Assembly (NCBI GenBank): GCA_963781585.1
Contig: CAWAGQ010000004.1
Span: 576,001-640,000, forward strand
Source: an uncultured Gemmatimonadaceae bacterium
Lineage (GTDB): Bacteria > Gemmatimonadota > Gemmatimonadetes > Gemmatimonadales > Gemmatimonadaceae
DNA: 64,000 nucleotides
Direction: 5' to 3'
Shown piece by piece: positions 21,886-31,535 of this stretch. The stretch's first letter is position 1. Every line of letters starts with the position of its first letter. The position numbers and the translations under genes are program-made. Below the pieces are notes generated by a model that was not told the DNA's origin, did not search any database, and saw only the letters and a list, made by a program, of their open reading frames with translations.

Positions 21886-22623
21886 TTACATCACCATGCC
21901 GCCGTCAACGACGATCACCTGACCGGTGACATAGGAGGCATGTTCTGAAGCGAGAAACGCAACCACCGACGCGACGTCGGTCGGCGTCCCCAGTCGCTCC
22001 AGCGGGATCCGGGCCGTGAGCGATGATCGAGCCTCAGCCGTCATTGCGGCGGTCATCTCGGTTTCGATGAAGCCGGGGGCAACGACATTTGCGAGGATGT
22101 TGCGCGATGCAAACTCCCGCGCCACCGACTTGGTGAGGCCAATCAGTCCGGCCTTGCTGGCGGCGTAGCTGGTTTGTCCCCGGTTGCCGATGAGCCCCAC
22201 CACGCTGGAGATGTTGATCACGCGTCCCCAGCGCCGCTTCATCATGCCGCGCGTGGCCGCCCGAATCGTCGCGAAGGCCGCGCGCAGGTTCGTGTTGATC
22301 ACCGCGTCCCAGTCCTCATCCTTGAGACGCAACATGATGTTGTCGCGCGTAAGTCCCGCGTTGTTCACGAGGATATCGATCGTTCCAAACGTTGTTTCGA
22401 CCTCCGTTACGAGGGAATTCACGTTCGCTACCTCGGACACGTCGCACGCAAACCCCACCGATCCGGCGCCAATTCCGCTCGCCACCTCGGCGGCTCTCGC
22501 GCGGTCGCGTCCCACTACCGCGACACGCGCGCCGCACTCGGCCAGCCGGGTTGCGATGGCATGCCCGATGCCGCGAGTACTGCCGGTTACCAGGGCGGCG
22601 CGCCCCGAGAGGTCGATGTTCAT
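21886..22623 (-). CDS. fabG: 3-oxoacyl-ACP reductase
   Basis: TGSTRGIG, NNAG, YAASK, VDGGM. Confidence 0.95.
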   Translation of the reverse strand: MNIDLSGRAALVTGSTRGIGHAIATRLAECGARVAVVGRDRARAAEVASGIGAGSVGFACDVSEVANVNSLVTEVETTFGTIDILVNNAGLTRDNIMLRLKDEDWDAVINTNLRAAFATIRAATRGMMKRRWGRVINISSVVGLIGNRGQTSYAASKAGLIGLTKSVAREFASRNILANVVAPGFIETEMTAAMTAEARSSLTARIPLERLGTPTDVASVVAFLASEHASYVTGQVIVVDGGMVM

Positions 22624-23564
22624 GCCGGCGCCATGGCAAGCAGCGCGTCCACCTCGGCAGCGGTGCCGCAGGTGAGGGCATGTATTCCCGACACGGTCTT
22701 CCGCGTGAGACCGGTCAGCACCGAGCCCGGTCCCAACTCCACGAAGAGGGCGTCGGGATACGCCGCCGCGAGACCCACCATGATCTGGCTCCATCGCACG
22801 GGAGCGGTCAACTGGTCCACGAGCAGCCGGCGCGCGGTGGCCGCATCGCGGACCGGCTTCGCGGTCACGTTGGCATACACGGGCACCCCCGGCTCGGCGA
22901 GGTCCACGCTGCCCAGAGTCTCGGCGAATCCGTCACGCGCCGACGCCATCAGGGGCGAATGGAACGCGCCACTGACACTCAGCCGCATCGGCCGCGCCCC
23001 GGCTTCTCTGGCCAGCAGCATCGCCCGCTCGACACCCGCGGTTTCTCCCGACACGACGATCTGCGTCGGCGAGTTGTAGTTCGCGGGGACGACGATCCCA
23101 CCTTGTGGACTGGCGCTGGCGTCGGCGCAGATATCGTCGATGCTCCGGGACGGGGTCCCCACGATCGCGGCCATGGTACCGGGCCGCGCGTCGCCGGCCG
23201 CGCGCATCAGCGCGCCGCGCCGCCTCACGAGTCGCGCCGCATCGCTCAGACCGAGCGAGCCCGCGGCATGATACGCGGTGAGTTCGCCCAGTGAATGACC
23301 GGCGGCCGCCCGCACGTGGTCGCCGAGAGCATCGCGCAGCACCGCCCATACCGCCGCGCCGTGCGCGAGCAAGGCGGGCTGCGCATTCTGCGTGAGCGTG
23401 AGTTCGTCCGCGGGTCCGGCGAAGCAGAGTCGGGACAGCGGCTCGGCCAGCGCTTCGTCGACGCACTCGAAGGCGTCCCGCGCCTGCGGGAAGGCGTCCG
23501 CAAGGTCCTTTCCCATTCCTGGCTTCTGCGACCCCTGGCCGGGGAAGAGAAGGACGAGCTGCAC
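22620..23564 (-). CDS. fabD: Malonyl-CoA:ACP transacylase
   Basis: FPGQGSQ, GHSLGE, SGAFHS; GTG start inferred. Confidence 0.95.
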   Translation of the reverse strand: MQLVLLFPGQGSQKPGMGKDLADAFPQARDAFECVDEALAEPLSRLCFAGPADELTLTQNAQPALLAHGAAVWAVLRDALGDHVRAAAGHSLGELTAYHAAGSLGLSDAARLVRRRGALMRAAGDARPGTMAAIVGTPSRSIDDICADASASPQGGIVVPANYNSPTQIVVSGETAGVERAMLLAREAGARPMRLSVSGAFHSPLMASARDGFAETLGSVDLAEPGVPVYANVTAKPVRDAATARRLLVDQLTAPVRWSQIMVGLAAAYPDALFVELGPGSVLTGLTRKTVSGIHALTCGTAAEVDALLAMAPA

Positions 23565-23620
23565 GGAGTCGGTAGCGGGTGGCGGAGCGACCTGGTTCGC
23601 GGACACTTGCGGCGGCGGCA

Positions 23621-24610
23621 CTAGAAGCGAACCACCAATGAGGCCCAGGTGAATCCCGCGCCGAACGCCACCAGGAGAACGGTCGCCCCATCTCCCACCC
23701 GTCCGCACGAGATCGCCTCTTCGAGGGCGATCGGAATGGAAGCCGAGCTGGTATTGCCGTAGCGGTCCACATTTACGAACACTTTCTCCATCGGCACGCC
23801 TGCGTGCTTGGCGGTGGCTTCGATGATGCGCACGTTTGCCTGATGCGGAATCAGAAGGTCGATGTCGTGGCCGGTCAACTTTGCACCATCGAGCGCCCGG
23901 TCGCAGGCATCGGACATCGAGCGGACCGCGTGCTTGAAGACTTCCCGTCCCTCCATCTGGATGAAGTACGAGCGATCCTGCAGCGCCTTTGCGTCGAACG
24001 GGTGGGTGGAGCCGCCGCTCGGCCGGTGCAGCAGCTCAGCGAGTGTGCCGTCGCTGCGAAAATACGTGGAGAGGATTCCCTTCCCTTGCCGGGAACGCTT
24101 GAGGATCGCGGCGCCCGCGCCGTCGCCGAACAGGACACAGGTTGTCCGATCCTGCCAGTCGGTCACGGCGCTCAGCCGCTCGGTACCAACCACCAGTGCC
24201 GTTTCTGCGCTGCCGTTCATCATGAGTCCTTCGGCGACGATCAGTCCGTAGAGCCAGCTCGAGCAGGCCGCCGAGACGTCGAAAGCGGCCGCTCTGGTCG
24301 CGCCGAGCTCGGCCTGCAACTCGACGGCGGTGGCGGGGAGCAGTCGGTCGGGCGAGGCGGTGCCGAGGACGATGACGTCCAACTCGCCGGCGTGGACGCC
24401 GGCGCGCTCCATGGCAACGCGGGCCGCGGCCGCGGACATCTCGTGGTTCGACTCCCCGGCGCCGGCAAGGTGGCGTTCGTGGATGCCGGTGCGCTGCACG
24501 ATCCACGCGTCGCTGGTGTCGAGCCCCATGGCCGCGAATTCGTCGTTTCGCATAACGCGGCGGGGCGCATACTTGCCCACGCCGGCGAAGTACGCCACGG
24601 GGCGCTTCAC
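23621..24610 (-). CDS. fabH: Beta-ketoacyl-ACP synthase III
   Basis: AACS, FGDGAGA, PHQAN, GNTSSAS, FGAGFTW. Confidence 0.95.
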   Translation of the reverse strand: MKRPVAYFAGVGKYAPRRVMRNDEFAAMGLDTSDAWIVQRTGIHERHLAGAGESNHEMSAAAARVAMERAGVHAGELDVIVLGTASPDRLLPATAVELQAELGATRAAAFDVSAACSSWLYGLIVAEGLMMNGSAETALVVGTERLSAVTDWQDRTTCVLFGDGAGAAILKRSRQGKGILSTYFRSDGTLAELLHRPSGGSTHPFDAKALQDRSYFIQMEGREVFKHAVRSMSDACDRALDGAKLTGHDIDLLIPHQANVRIIEATAKHAGVPMEKVFVNVDRYGNTSSASIPIALEEAISCGRVGDGATVLLVAFGAGFTWASLVVRF

Positions 24611-25662
24611 GCTGTCCCGTCGCCAGGGCCTGCCGCGGCTCCGACCTTTCCAGCCTCCGCGTGTGCGAGCCGCGAGCCGATGTGTTCATCGAGACGGGAA
24701 TCGGCTGCCCGGGCCGCCACGCGGATCGCGTTCTTCAGTGCGAGCGCCGAGGACTTGCCGTGGGCGATGATGCTCACGCCATGCACGCCGAGCAGCGGTG
24801 CCCCGCCGTATTGCGAGTAGTCGAGGTGCTGAAGAGCGCCGGCAACGCTGCGCGCCTCTACGCGCGCCGCTTTCAGGACGACGCCGACGAGCATCGGCGC
24901 CACCGACTCGTAGAACTTGAGCAGCACGTTGCCGACAAATCCGTCGCAGACCACGACGTCGAAGGGCCCGCGGTCGCTGGCGCCGAGGGGCACATCACGT
25001 CCTTCAATGTTCCCCTGGAAGTTGAGCCCCGATGCCGCCAGCAGTTGGTGCGCCTCCTTGGTGACGGCGTCGCCCTTCTCCGGCTCCTCGCCGATGCTCA
25101 ACAAACCCACCACCGGGTTCTCCCGCCCCAGCACGTCCCTCGCGTAAAGCGCACCGAGGCTGGCGAACTGCACCAGTTCCTGCGCCGAGCAATCGACGTT
25201 GGCCCCTGAATCGAGCACCACGATCGGCTCGCGGGCTGTCGGGAACGTGGTGGCGATGGCGGGACGCGCGATTCCCGCGTGCAGCCGGAGGACCATGACC
25301 GAGATCGCCATTTGTGCACCGGTGTTGCCCGCGGAAACGAACGCGTCCGACTGCCCTTCCTGCTGCAATCGCAGGCCGACGTGCATCGACGACTTCGCCT
25401 TTCCGCGGAGGACGGCCGACGGCTTGTCCGACATCTCGATGACGTCGGCGGCGTCCACGATGTCCAGGCGGTTCTGGTGCGGCGCGCACGACGCATACTC
25501 GGCCGCGAGGTGGCTCCGGAGCTGTTCGCGGATGGTGTCTCCATGGCCGACCAGCTGCACGCGCAGCGGTGGGCCGAGGTCATCCAGCGCGAGCAGTGCA
25601 CCACCGACCGGTGCCGCGGGGGCGAAATCGCCGCCCATCGCGTCCAGCGCGACGCGAGCCAA
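24607..25662 (-). CDS. plsX: Phosphate acyltransferase
   Basis: ALDAMGGDFAP, SAGNTGA, DGFVGN, GGAPLLG; TTG start inferred. Confidence 0.94.
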   Translation of the reverse strand: MARVALDAMGGDFAPAAPVGGALLALDDLGPPLRVQLVGHGDTIREQLRSHLAAEYASCAPHQNRLDIVDAADVIEMSDKPSAVLRGKAKSSMHVGLRLQQEGQSDAFVSAGNTGAQMAISVMVLRLHAGIARPAIATTFPTAREPIVVLDSGANVDCSAQELVQFASLGALYARDVLGRENPVVGLLSIGEEPEKGDAVTKEAHQLLAASGLNFQGNIEGRDVPLGASDRGPFDVVVCDGFVGNVLLKFYESVAPMLVGVVLKAARVEARSVAGALQHLDYSQYGGAPLLGVHGVSIIAHGKSSALALKNAIRVAARAADSRLDEHIGSRLAHAEAGKVGAAAGPGDGTA

Positions 25663-25664
25663 TG

Positions 25665-25847
25665 TCAGGCCTCCCGGGCCGCGACTCGCTGCTCTCCGGC
25701 GTAGTAGCCGCACTCCTCGCAAACACGGTGCGGTCGCTTGGGAGCCTGGCAACGCGGACACTTCTGCAGGGCGATACGCGGTGCGGCCTGGTGCGTGGCG
25801 CGCGCGCGCTTACGTCGCTTCGAGGTTCTTCGTTTCGGGACAGCCAT
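25665..25847 (-). CDS. rpmF: 50S ribosomal protein L32 (Zn-ribbon form)
   Basis: MAVPKRRTSK, CPRC, HRVCEECGYY. Confidence 0.97.
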   Translation of the reverse strand: MAVPKRRTSKRRKRARATHQAAPRIALQKCPRCQAPKRPHRVCEECGYYAGEQRVAAREA

Positions 25848-25983
25848 GGGATTCGGTGGTGGACGGTGGGGGCGATGGTGGATGTCGCGGGGATGCCGGG
25901 GAGTCGTCGCGAATCAAGGCGGCGGCCTCTCGGAGCGCTGCCGCTCGCGCGCTCGGGTCACCATCGCGTGAGTGGGTCGATTG

Positions 25984-26490
25984 TCAGGTATCCGGTCTCG
26001 AGTCCTGCAGGGCGCGCCAGCGCGGATCGGTCTCGGTCTCGCACGTGCAGGGCCCCTGATTGAGATCCGCGCCGCAGCGAGGGCAGAGTCCCCGACAGTC
26101 GTCGCGGCAGAGCGCGAATGCGGGTACGGCGAGCAGCCATTGCTCACGCACGGCAGGACGAAGATCGACGTCCCGCGCGCGTGGGTCCAGCAAGTACACG
26201 TCCGACTCGTCAGCGTCCTCATCGCCGGAGTCGGCGAACAGGAGATGCAGTTCTTCAGTTACCGGAACGGCGACGTCGGCAAGACAGCGTCGGCATTCGG
26301 TTGCACGCACACCCTGGAGGCGACCGCGGAAATAGAAGCGGCTTTCTCCGGCCGACGAGAGTCTACCGGCGACCAGAACAGACCCGGCAGGCTTCGCGTC
26401 CCCCTCCTTCCAGATCGGGTCGTCACTCGTCAACCCGCCGTCCACCCGAACAGCGTTGGACTCCAGAGAGGCACGGTCAAAGTACAGCAT
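25984..26490 (-). CDS. DUF177/YceD family protein
   Basis: CRRCL, CRDDCRGLCPRCG, DPRW; upstream of rpmF. Confidence 0.9.
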   Translation of the reverse strand: MLYFDRASLESNAVRVDGGLTSDDPIWKEGDAKPAGSVLVAGRLSSAGESRFYFRGRLQGVRATECRRCLADVAVPVTEELHLLFADSGDEDADESDVYLLDPRARDVDLRPAVREQWLLAVPAFALCRDDCRGLCPRCGADLNQGPCTCETETDPRWRALQDSRPDT

Positions 26491-26500
26491 AGAACGCCGG

Positions 26501-26529
26501 AATCTAGACCCTGCGACCGAGAGGGTCAA
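26501..26529 (-). promoter_or_regulatory. sigma70-type promoter for the yceD-rpmF-plsX-fab cluster
   Basis: TTGACC-N17-TAGATT on the minus strand, ending 10 nt before the ATG at 26490. Confidence 0.6.
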
Positions 26530-26578
26530 GTCGCTGCGCCAAAGAGACTTAGGGCGCGCTACTTCGAGCGACGCATCC

Positions 26579-27010
26579 CTATGCGCGATTCCGGATTACG
26601 TCGCTCTCGGCGAAGAAATACCGTGCCTCACGGATCGCATTGTCGTCCGAGTCGCTCGCGTGGATGGCGTTGCGCTCTTTGGACTCCGCATACAGCCGTC
26701 GGACGGTGCCCTCGGCCGCTTCCCCCGGATCGGTGGCGCCGATGACGCGCCGCAACTCCGACACGGCGTCGGCGCGTTCCAGCACCATGGGCAGGCAGGG
26801 ACCGGAGGTCATGAACGTTACGAGGGGTCCGTAGAACGGGCGCTCGCGATGCACCTCGTAGAACTTCTCCGCCTCGGCCCGCGTGAGCCGCACGACGCGC
26901 GCCGCCAGAATGCGGAAGCCGGCCGCCTCCAGATGTGCGACGATCCGGCCCGTCTTCCCTGACGAGAAGGCGTCGGGCTTGATGATGGCGAGGGTGATGG
27001 TGGATGGCAT
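26579..27010 (-). CDS. ndk: Nucleoside diphosphate kinase
   Basis: TLAIIKPDA, GATDP, NAIHASDS. Confidence 0.96.
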   Translation of the reverse strand: MPSTITLAIIKPDAFSSGKTGRIVAHLEAAGFRILAARVVRLTRAEAEKFYEVHRERPFYGPLVTFMTSGPCLPMVLERADAVSELRRVIGATDPGEAAEGTVRRLYAESKERNAIHASDSDDNAIREARYFFAESDVIRNRA

Positions 27011-27053
27011 GTTGAGGACGGGAATGGACGATCCCGGTGCTCGTGGCACCGGC

Positions 27054-27926
27054 CTACTTCAGCCGCTCGCGAACAAGGGTGACGAAATCGACCGGCCGCT
27101 GCGCCACGGCGATGCCCGCGGCGCCGAACGCCGCGATCTTCTCGTCGGCGGTGCCCGATGACCCGCTGATGATCGCGCCGGCGTGGCCCATTCGCCGTCC
27201 CGGCGGGGCGGTCCGCCCGGCGATGAACCCGACGACCGGCTTCTTCATGTTCGCCTTCACGAATTCCGAGGCGCTCTGCTCGTCGGTGCCACCGATTTCG
27301 CCGATCATGCAGATCGCATGCGTGCGCTCATCGGCTTCGAACGCGGCCAGGCAATCGATGAAGTTGGTCCCGTTGATGGGATCGCCTCCGATCCCGATGC
27401 ACGTCGTTTGACCAATGCCTGCTCGCGTGAGCTGGAACACCACCTCGTAGGTGAGCGTCCCCGAGCGACTGACCACACCGACGGGGCCCGGCGTGCAGAT
27501 GCGGCCGGGAATGATGCCGACCTTCGACGCACCGGCCGAGATCAGGCCCGGACAATTGGGACCGAGCAGGCGGGCGCCCTTGTCGCGCACGTACGGATAG
27601 ACCTGGGCCATGTCGAGCACCGGGACGCCTTCGGTAATGGCGACGATCAGTCGCACGCCGGCGTCGGCTGCTTCCATGATGGCGTCGGCGGCGAAAGCAG
27701 GCGGAACATAGATCACCGAGGTGTTCGCGCCTGTCTGCGCCACGGCGTCGGCCACGGTGTTGAAGATCGGGACCTCGCTGTCGAAGCGCTGGCCGCCCTT
27801 GCCAGGGGTGACGCCGGCCACGACCCGCGTTCCGTACTCGCGCATCTGCTTCGTGTGGAACGACCCGTCGCGGCCGGTGATGCCCTGCACCACCACGGTC
27901 GTCTGGCGATCGATGAAGATGCTCAC
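27054..27926 (-). CDS. sucD: Succinyl-CoA synthetase alpha subunit
   Basis: [26 protein letters not shown]. Confidence 0.97.
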   Translation of the reverse strand: MSIFIDRQTTVVVQGITGRDGSFHTKQMREYGTRVVAGVTPGKGGQRFDSEVPIFNTVADAVAQTGANTSVIYVPPAFAADAIMEAADAGVRLIVAITEGVPVLDMAQVYPYVRDKGARLLGPNCPGLISAGASKVGIIPGRICTPGPVGVVSRSGTLTYEVVFQLTRAGIGQTTCIGIGGDPINGTNFIDCLAAFEADERTHAICMIGEIGGTDEQSASEFVKANMKKPVVGFIAGRTAPPGRRMGHAGAIISGSSGTADEKIAAFGAAGIAVAQRPVDFVTLVRERLK

Positions 27927-29068
27927 GCGGCCGTCCCCCCTTTCGCGAGGGACACCGCCAGCTTCACGGCTTCGTCCATGTCGGCCGACGCCGAGAATCC
28001 GTTCCGTTGCAGGATCTCCATCGCGATCTCTTCGTTGGTGCCCGTCAGGCGGATGACGATCGGCACGCCCAGCGGCCGGTCCCGGGTGGCGGTCACGATG
28101 CCGTTCGCCACGTCGTCGGTGCGGGTGATGCCGCCGAAGATGTTGAACAGGATCGCGCGCACGCTCGGGTCGGCGGTAATGATGCGCAGTGCGCTCACGA
28201 CCTTCTCCGGCGACGACGATCCGCCGATGTCGAGAAAGTTGGCGGGTTGGCCGCCGTAGTACTTCACCAGGTCCATGGTCGCCATGGCCAGGCCGGCTCC
28301 GTTCACGCAGCAGCCCACGTTTCCGTCGAGCTTGATGAACGTAAGGCCCGCCCGACGCGCGTCGACCTCGCTCGGCGCCTCGGCGCTCTCGTCGCGCAAC
28401 GCGGCAACCGCGCTGCGGCGGTCGAGCTCATTGTCGTCGATCACCATTTTCGCGTCCACCGCCACCACGTCGCCCGACGGGGTCACGACCAGCGGGTTGA
28501 TCTCCGCGAGGGAGCACCCGGTCTGCATGAACGCGGCATGAAGCTGTTGCATGATGCGCGCGGCGGCGCGCGCTGTGGCCAGGCTGTCGTACAGAAAGAA
28601 CCCGAGGCGCATCGACTGGAACGGGAGCAACCCGTACCGCGCGTCCACCGGGAGCTTGAGGATCTTCTCCGGCGTGGTCGCGGCAACCTCCTCGATGTCG
28701 ATGCCGCCGGCGGGACTCACCATGAACACGGGGCTCTTGCTGGCGCGGTCGAGGATGATTCCAACGTACGCCTCACCGGCGATGTCGGCCGCCTGGGTGA
28801 CCAGGACCTTTCCGACGGTGAGGCCCTTGATCTGCATTCCCAGGATGGCCTGCGCCTTGTCGCGCGCCTCGCGCGGCGTCTTCGCCAGCTTCACGCCGCC
28901 GGCCTTTCCGCGGCCGCCCGCGTGCACCTGGGCCTTGACCACGACCGTGCCGCCGATGCGGCGTGCGATGGCCTCGGCCTCTTCGGGGGTGGTCGCGACC
29001 TCGCCCGGCGGGATCGGGACGCCGTACCCTCGCAGGATCTCCTTGGCCTGGTATTCGTGGATGTTCAC
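27923..29068 (-). CDS. sucC: Succinyl-CoA synthetase beta subunit
   Basis: [34 protein letters not shown]. Confidence 0.97.
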   Translation of the reverse strand: MNIHEYQAKEILRGYGVPIPPGEVATTPEEAEAIARRIGGTVVVKAQVHAGGRGKAGGVKLAKTPREARDKAQAILGMQIKGLTVGKVLVTQAADIAGEAYVGIILDRASKSPVFMVSPAGGIDIEEVAATTPEKILKLPVDARYGLLPFQSMRLGFFLYDSLATARAAARIMQQLHAAFMQTGCSLAEINPLVVTPSGDVVAVDAKMVIDDNELDRRSAVAALRDESAEAPSEVDARRAGLTFIKLDGNVGCCVNGAGLAMATMDLVKYYGGQPANFLDIGGSSSPEKVVSALRIITADPSVRAILFNIFGGITRTDDVANGIVTATRDRPLGVPIVIRLTGTNEEIAMEILQRNGFSASADMDEAVKLAVSLAKGGTAA

Positions 29069-30057
29069 GCGTTCTCCCAGAGATTCGTCTCGGACGGATC
29101 AGATTCCGAGATCGTTGTTCCGCCCTCTCCACGCACCGCGGTCCGCCCGCGATGCAGCTCCGTGATGATCGCCCGGCCCGAGGTGTGCCTGACGAAATCG
29201 ACGGCCGCCCGCACCTTGGGAGCCATGCTTCCCTCGCCAAAGGCCCCGGCGCGGTCGAGTCGCTCCGCCTCGTCCACCGTGAGATGCCGAAGCGGGCGCT
29301 GTTGCGGCGTCCCCCAATCCAGGTAAACCGCATCCACGTCGGTGAGAATAAGGAGCAGCTTGGCGCCCAGATCCCGCGCGAGCACCGCGCTCGCGAGGTC
29401 CTTGTCCACCACCGCGTCCACTCCTTCCCAACCCTGCCGCTCGTTGTCGAAGAAGACCGGCGCGCCGCCGCCACCGCACGCGATGACGATGGTGCCGCGC
29501 TGGACCAGTGTCCGAATGGTGGACAGTTCGTGAATGGCCAGCGGACGCGGACTGGCCACCACGCGCCTCAGGCGTCCTTTCCCATCCGGTCGGACGACGA
29601 ACCCTTCGGCGCGGAGTGCCTCCGCCCGGTCCGCGTCAACCTCATGGCCGATGAACTTCGATGGTGCGCCGAGCTGCGGGTCTTCGGGATCCACGTGCGT
29701 CTGCGTGACGACCGTTACGACATCGCGTGCGCTTCCGTTGCGACGGAGCGCATTGTCCAGCGACTGCTGGATCATGTAGCCGATCCATCCCGCGGTGCCG
29801 GCAACCAGCACGCCAAGCGGAAGCGGCGTTACCGCCTCGCGGCCCATTTCGTTTCGCAGCAATTCGTCTCCCACCTGCGGGCCGTTCCCGTGCGATACGC
29901 ACAGGTTCCACCCATCGAGTGCGAGATCGACAATCGGCCCCAGGCTTTCGCGCGTGTGACGGAACTGATCGTACACGGTCGACCGTTCGCCCGCCGGCGC
30001 AAGCGCATTGCCGCCGAGCGCGATTACCGCGATCGGGTTCCGCTTTCGTGGAGGCAT
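29065..30057 (-). CDS. arcC: Carbamate kinase
   Basis: IALGGNAL, HGNGPQVG, RRVVASP, GGGG, VDKD, GSMAPK. Confidence 0.92.
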   Translation of the reverse strand: MPPRKRNPIAVIALGGNALAPAGERSTVYDQFRHTRESLGPIVDLALDGWNLCVSHGNGPQVGDELLRNEMGREAVTPLPLGVLVAGTAGWIGYMIQQSLDNALRRNGSARDVVTVVTQTHVDPEDPQLGAPSKFIGHEVDADRAEALRAEGFVVRPDGKGRLRRVVASPRPLAIHELSTIRTLVQRGTIVIACGGGGAPVFFDNERQGWEGVDAVVDKDLASAVLARDLGAKLLLILTDVDAVYLDWGTPQQRPLRHLTVDEAERLDRAGAFGEGSMAPKVRAAVDFVRHTSGRAIITELHRGRTAVRGEGGTTISESDPSETNLWENA

Positions 30058-30171
30058 AGGACTCGGCGGTGCAAGCTAAGTATCCGTTCTGAAACTCGGG
30101 AACGGGTTCGGGAAGATAGAACAAAGTGACGCATCCGGTGATGGTGCGCTTCGAGCACTGCTGTACGTTCT

Positions 30172-30975
30172 TTGTCGAGACTCCAACACCATCAGGAGGC
30201 CGCCATCAGGCCGGCGGCCGCCAGAGGAGGCACCGGGGGATGCTTCACTGGGCGCCATAGCTCCCGCTCACCGCGCAGTGGATCGCCCCATGCGCACGCC
30301 ACGGAGTTGCCGGCGATGAGCGCGGCGCTGGATGAGCAAGCTGCGCTCACCGCCCTCGCTCAGCAAGATCTTGACGCCGCCTGTCCCAGGAATCCCCGCA
30401 CCGGCCGGTCCGGGCTCACGGCCGACCGGCCGCTGCGCGTCCTCATCCTCCGCCAACTCACGGGGTGGACCTATGCGGAGCTCGCGTTTCACCTCGCCGA
30501 CTCCGCCGCGGCGCTTGGCGCACGGTTCACGCCAGGTCGTACTGCAGCGCGACGCAGTGTCGAGGCGAAGCACGCGGTCCAGCGACTCACGGAATGCTCG
30601 GCGCCCCCACCTCCGCTCGAATCTCCGTGACGCCGCACGCGTCGTCGCGGCCGCGCGCTGCGCGCGGGCGCGTGGGGACTCGCGCCAAGCGCGACGGGGG
30701 GCCATCGTGCACATGGCCGACACCATCCAGCTGGCCGCGGGTGTGATCTGGGAGAGCTGGGCGATCCTGGCCTACGACCTCGATACGCTCAGCACACGCG
30801 GTGCCCTCCGCGCGATCACCGGCTCAACGGGGGGGCCGCAAGTGTGGTCGTTTTCGACCCAACCATGCCCGGAACTTCCAGTGGCGACATCAAGACGCCC
30901 TTCGATCGCGACGACGCGGAGTGGCGCGCCCTCCGTTGCGCCTCAATTCTCATTCTTACGGGGGAAGGAGCTATT
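30172..30975 (+). pseudogene. Decayed, internally deleted IS transposase remnant (IS5/ISNCY-like)
   Basis: TGRSGLTADRPLRVLILRQLTGWTYAELAFHLADS resembles the N-terminal domain of IS5/ISNCY-type transposases. The resemblance breaks and resumes in another frame (WAILAYDLDTL); no DDE core visible. Boundaries approximate. Confidence 0.6.
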
Positions 30976-31453
30976 GCGTCTCAAATACGAAAACACTGGA
31001 TGTACCAGCGACCCGCGGTAGCACCCTTCCATTCACGTCGGTAAGTCCCAGGATCAACCGGTACTCTCCGCCGGTTCCGGCGTACGGCCATTCGCCAGGC
31101 GGTGAGGGAACTACCTTCTGAACCACCAAGGTGTCGTCCAGCACCCCACCTGCAGGCACGTTAACGTAGCAGCCGGACGTGGGGAGGTACGACGGCTCAC
31201 GCCACACCGTCGCCCAGGCATCGGCGCCATGCTGCTCAATGCTGCGGCCGCAACGGTACAGCCTGATGGGGTCGCGAGTGGTATTCCGGATAACGTAGGC
31301 GATCGAGAAGTGCACACTCGGGCCCTCAACGGACCCACGCGCGGAGGCCACGTCAACCGCTGGAAAGTCCTCCGGGGCGGCGGCCGAATGACAAGCTGCC
31401 ATTGCCGCCACCCACACGCCCAGCCCCGTGGCCACCCCAAACCTTCGTACCAT
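30971..31453 (-). CDS. Hypothetical lipoprotein, beta-rich and possibly Ig-like
   Basis: GGGAGG RBS before ATG 31453; MVRRF...VWVAAMAAC lipobox. Confidence 0.65.
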   Translation of the reverse strand: MVRRFGVATGLGVWVAAMAACHSAAAPEDFPAVDVASARGSVEGPSVHFSIAYVIRNTTRDPIRLYRCGRSIEQHGADAWATVWREPSYLPTSGCYVNVPAGGVLDDTLVVQKVVPSPPGEWPYAGTGGEYRLILGLTDVNGRVLPRVAGTSSVFVFETQ

Positions 31454-31535
31454 AGGTACCTCCCGCCAGATCAAACACGCAATGCGCGACTCGACAGCTC
31501 GTTGAGTGAACCGTAGCGCCCCACGCAACGCGCCA

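Noticed and set aside
30258..30973. Terminal inverted repeats for the IS remnant (TAGCTCC / GGAGCTA)
   Set aside because: Only a 7-bp match and no target duplication identified; not enough to define element ends.
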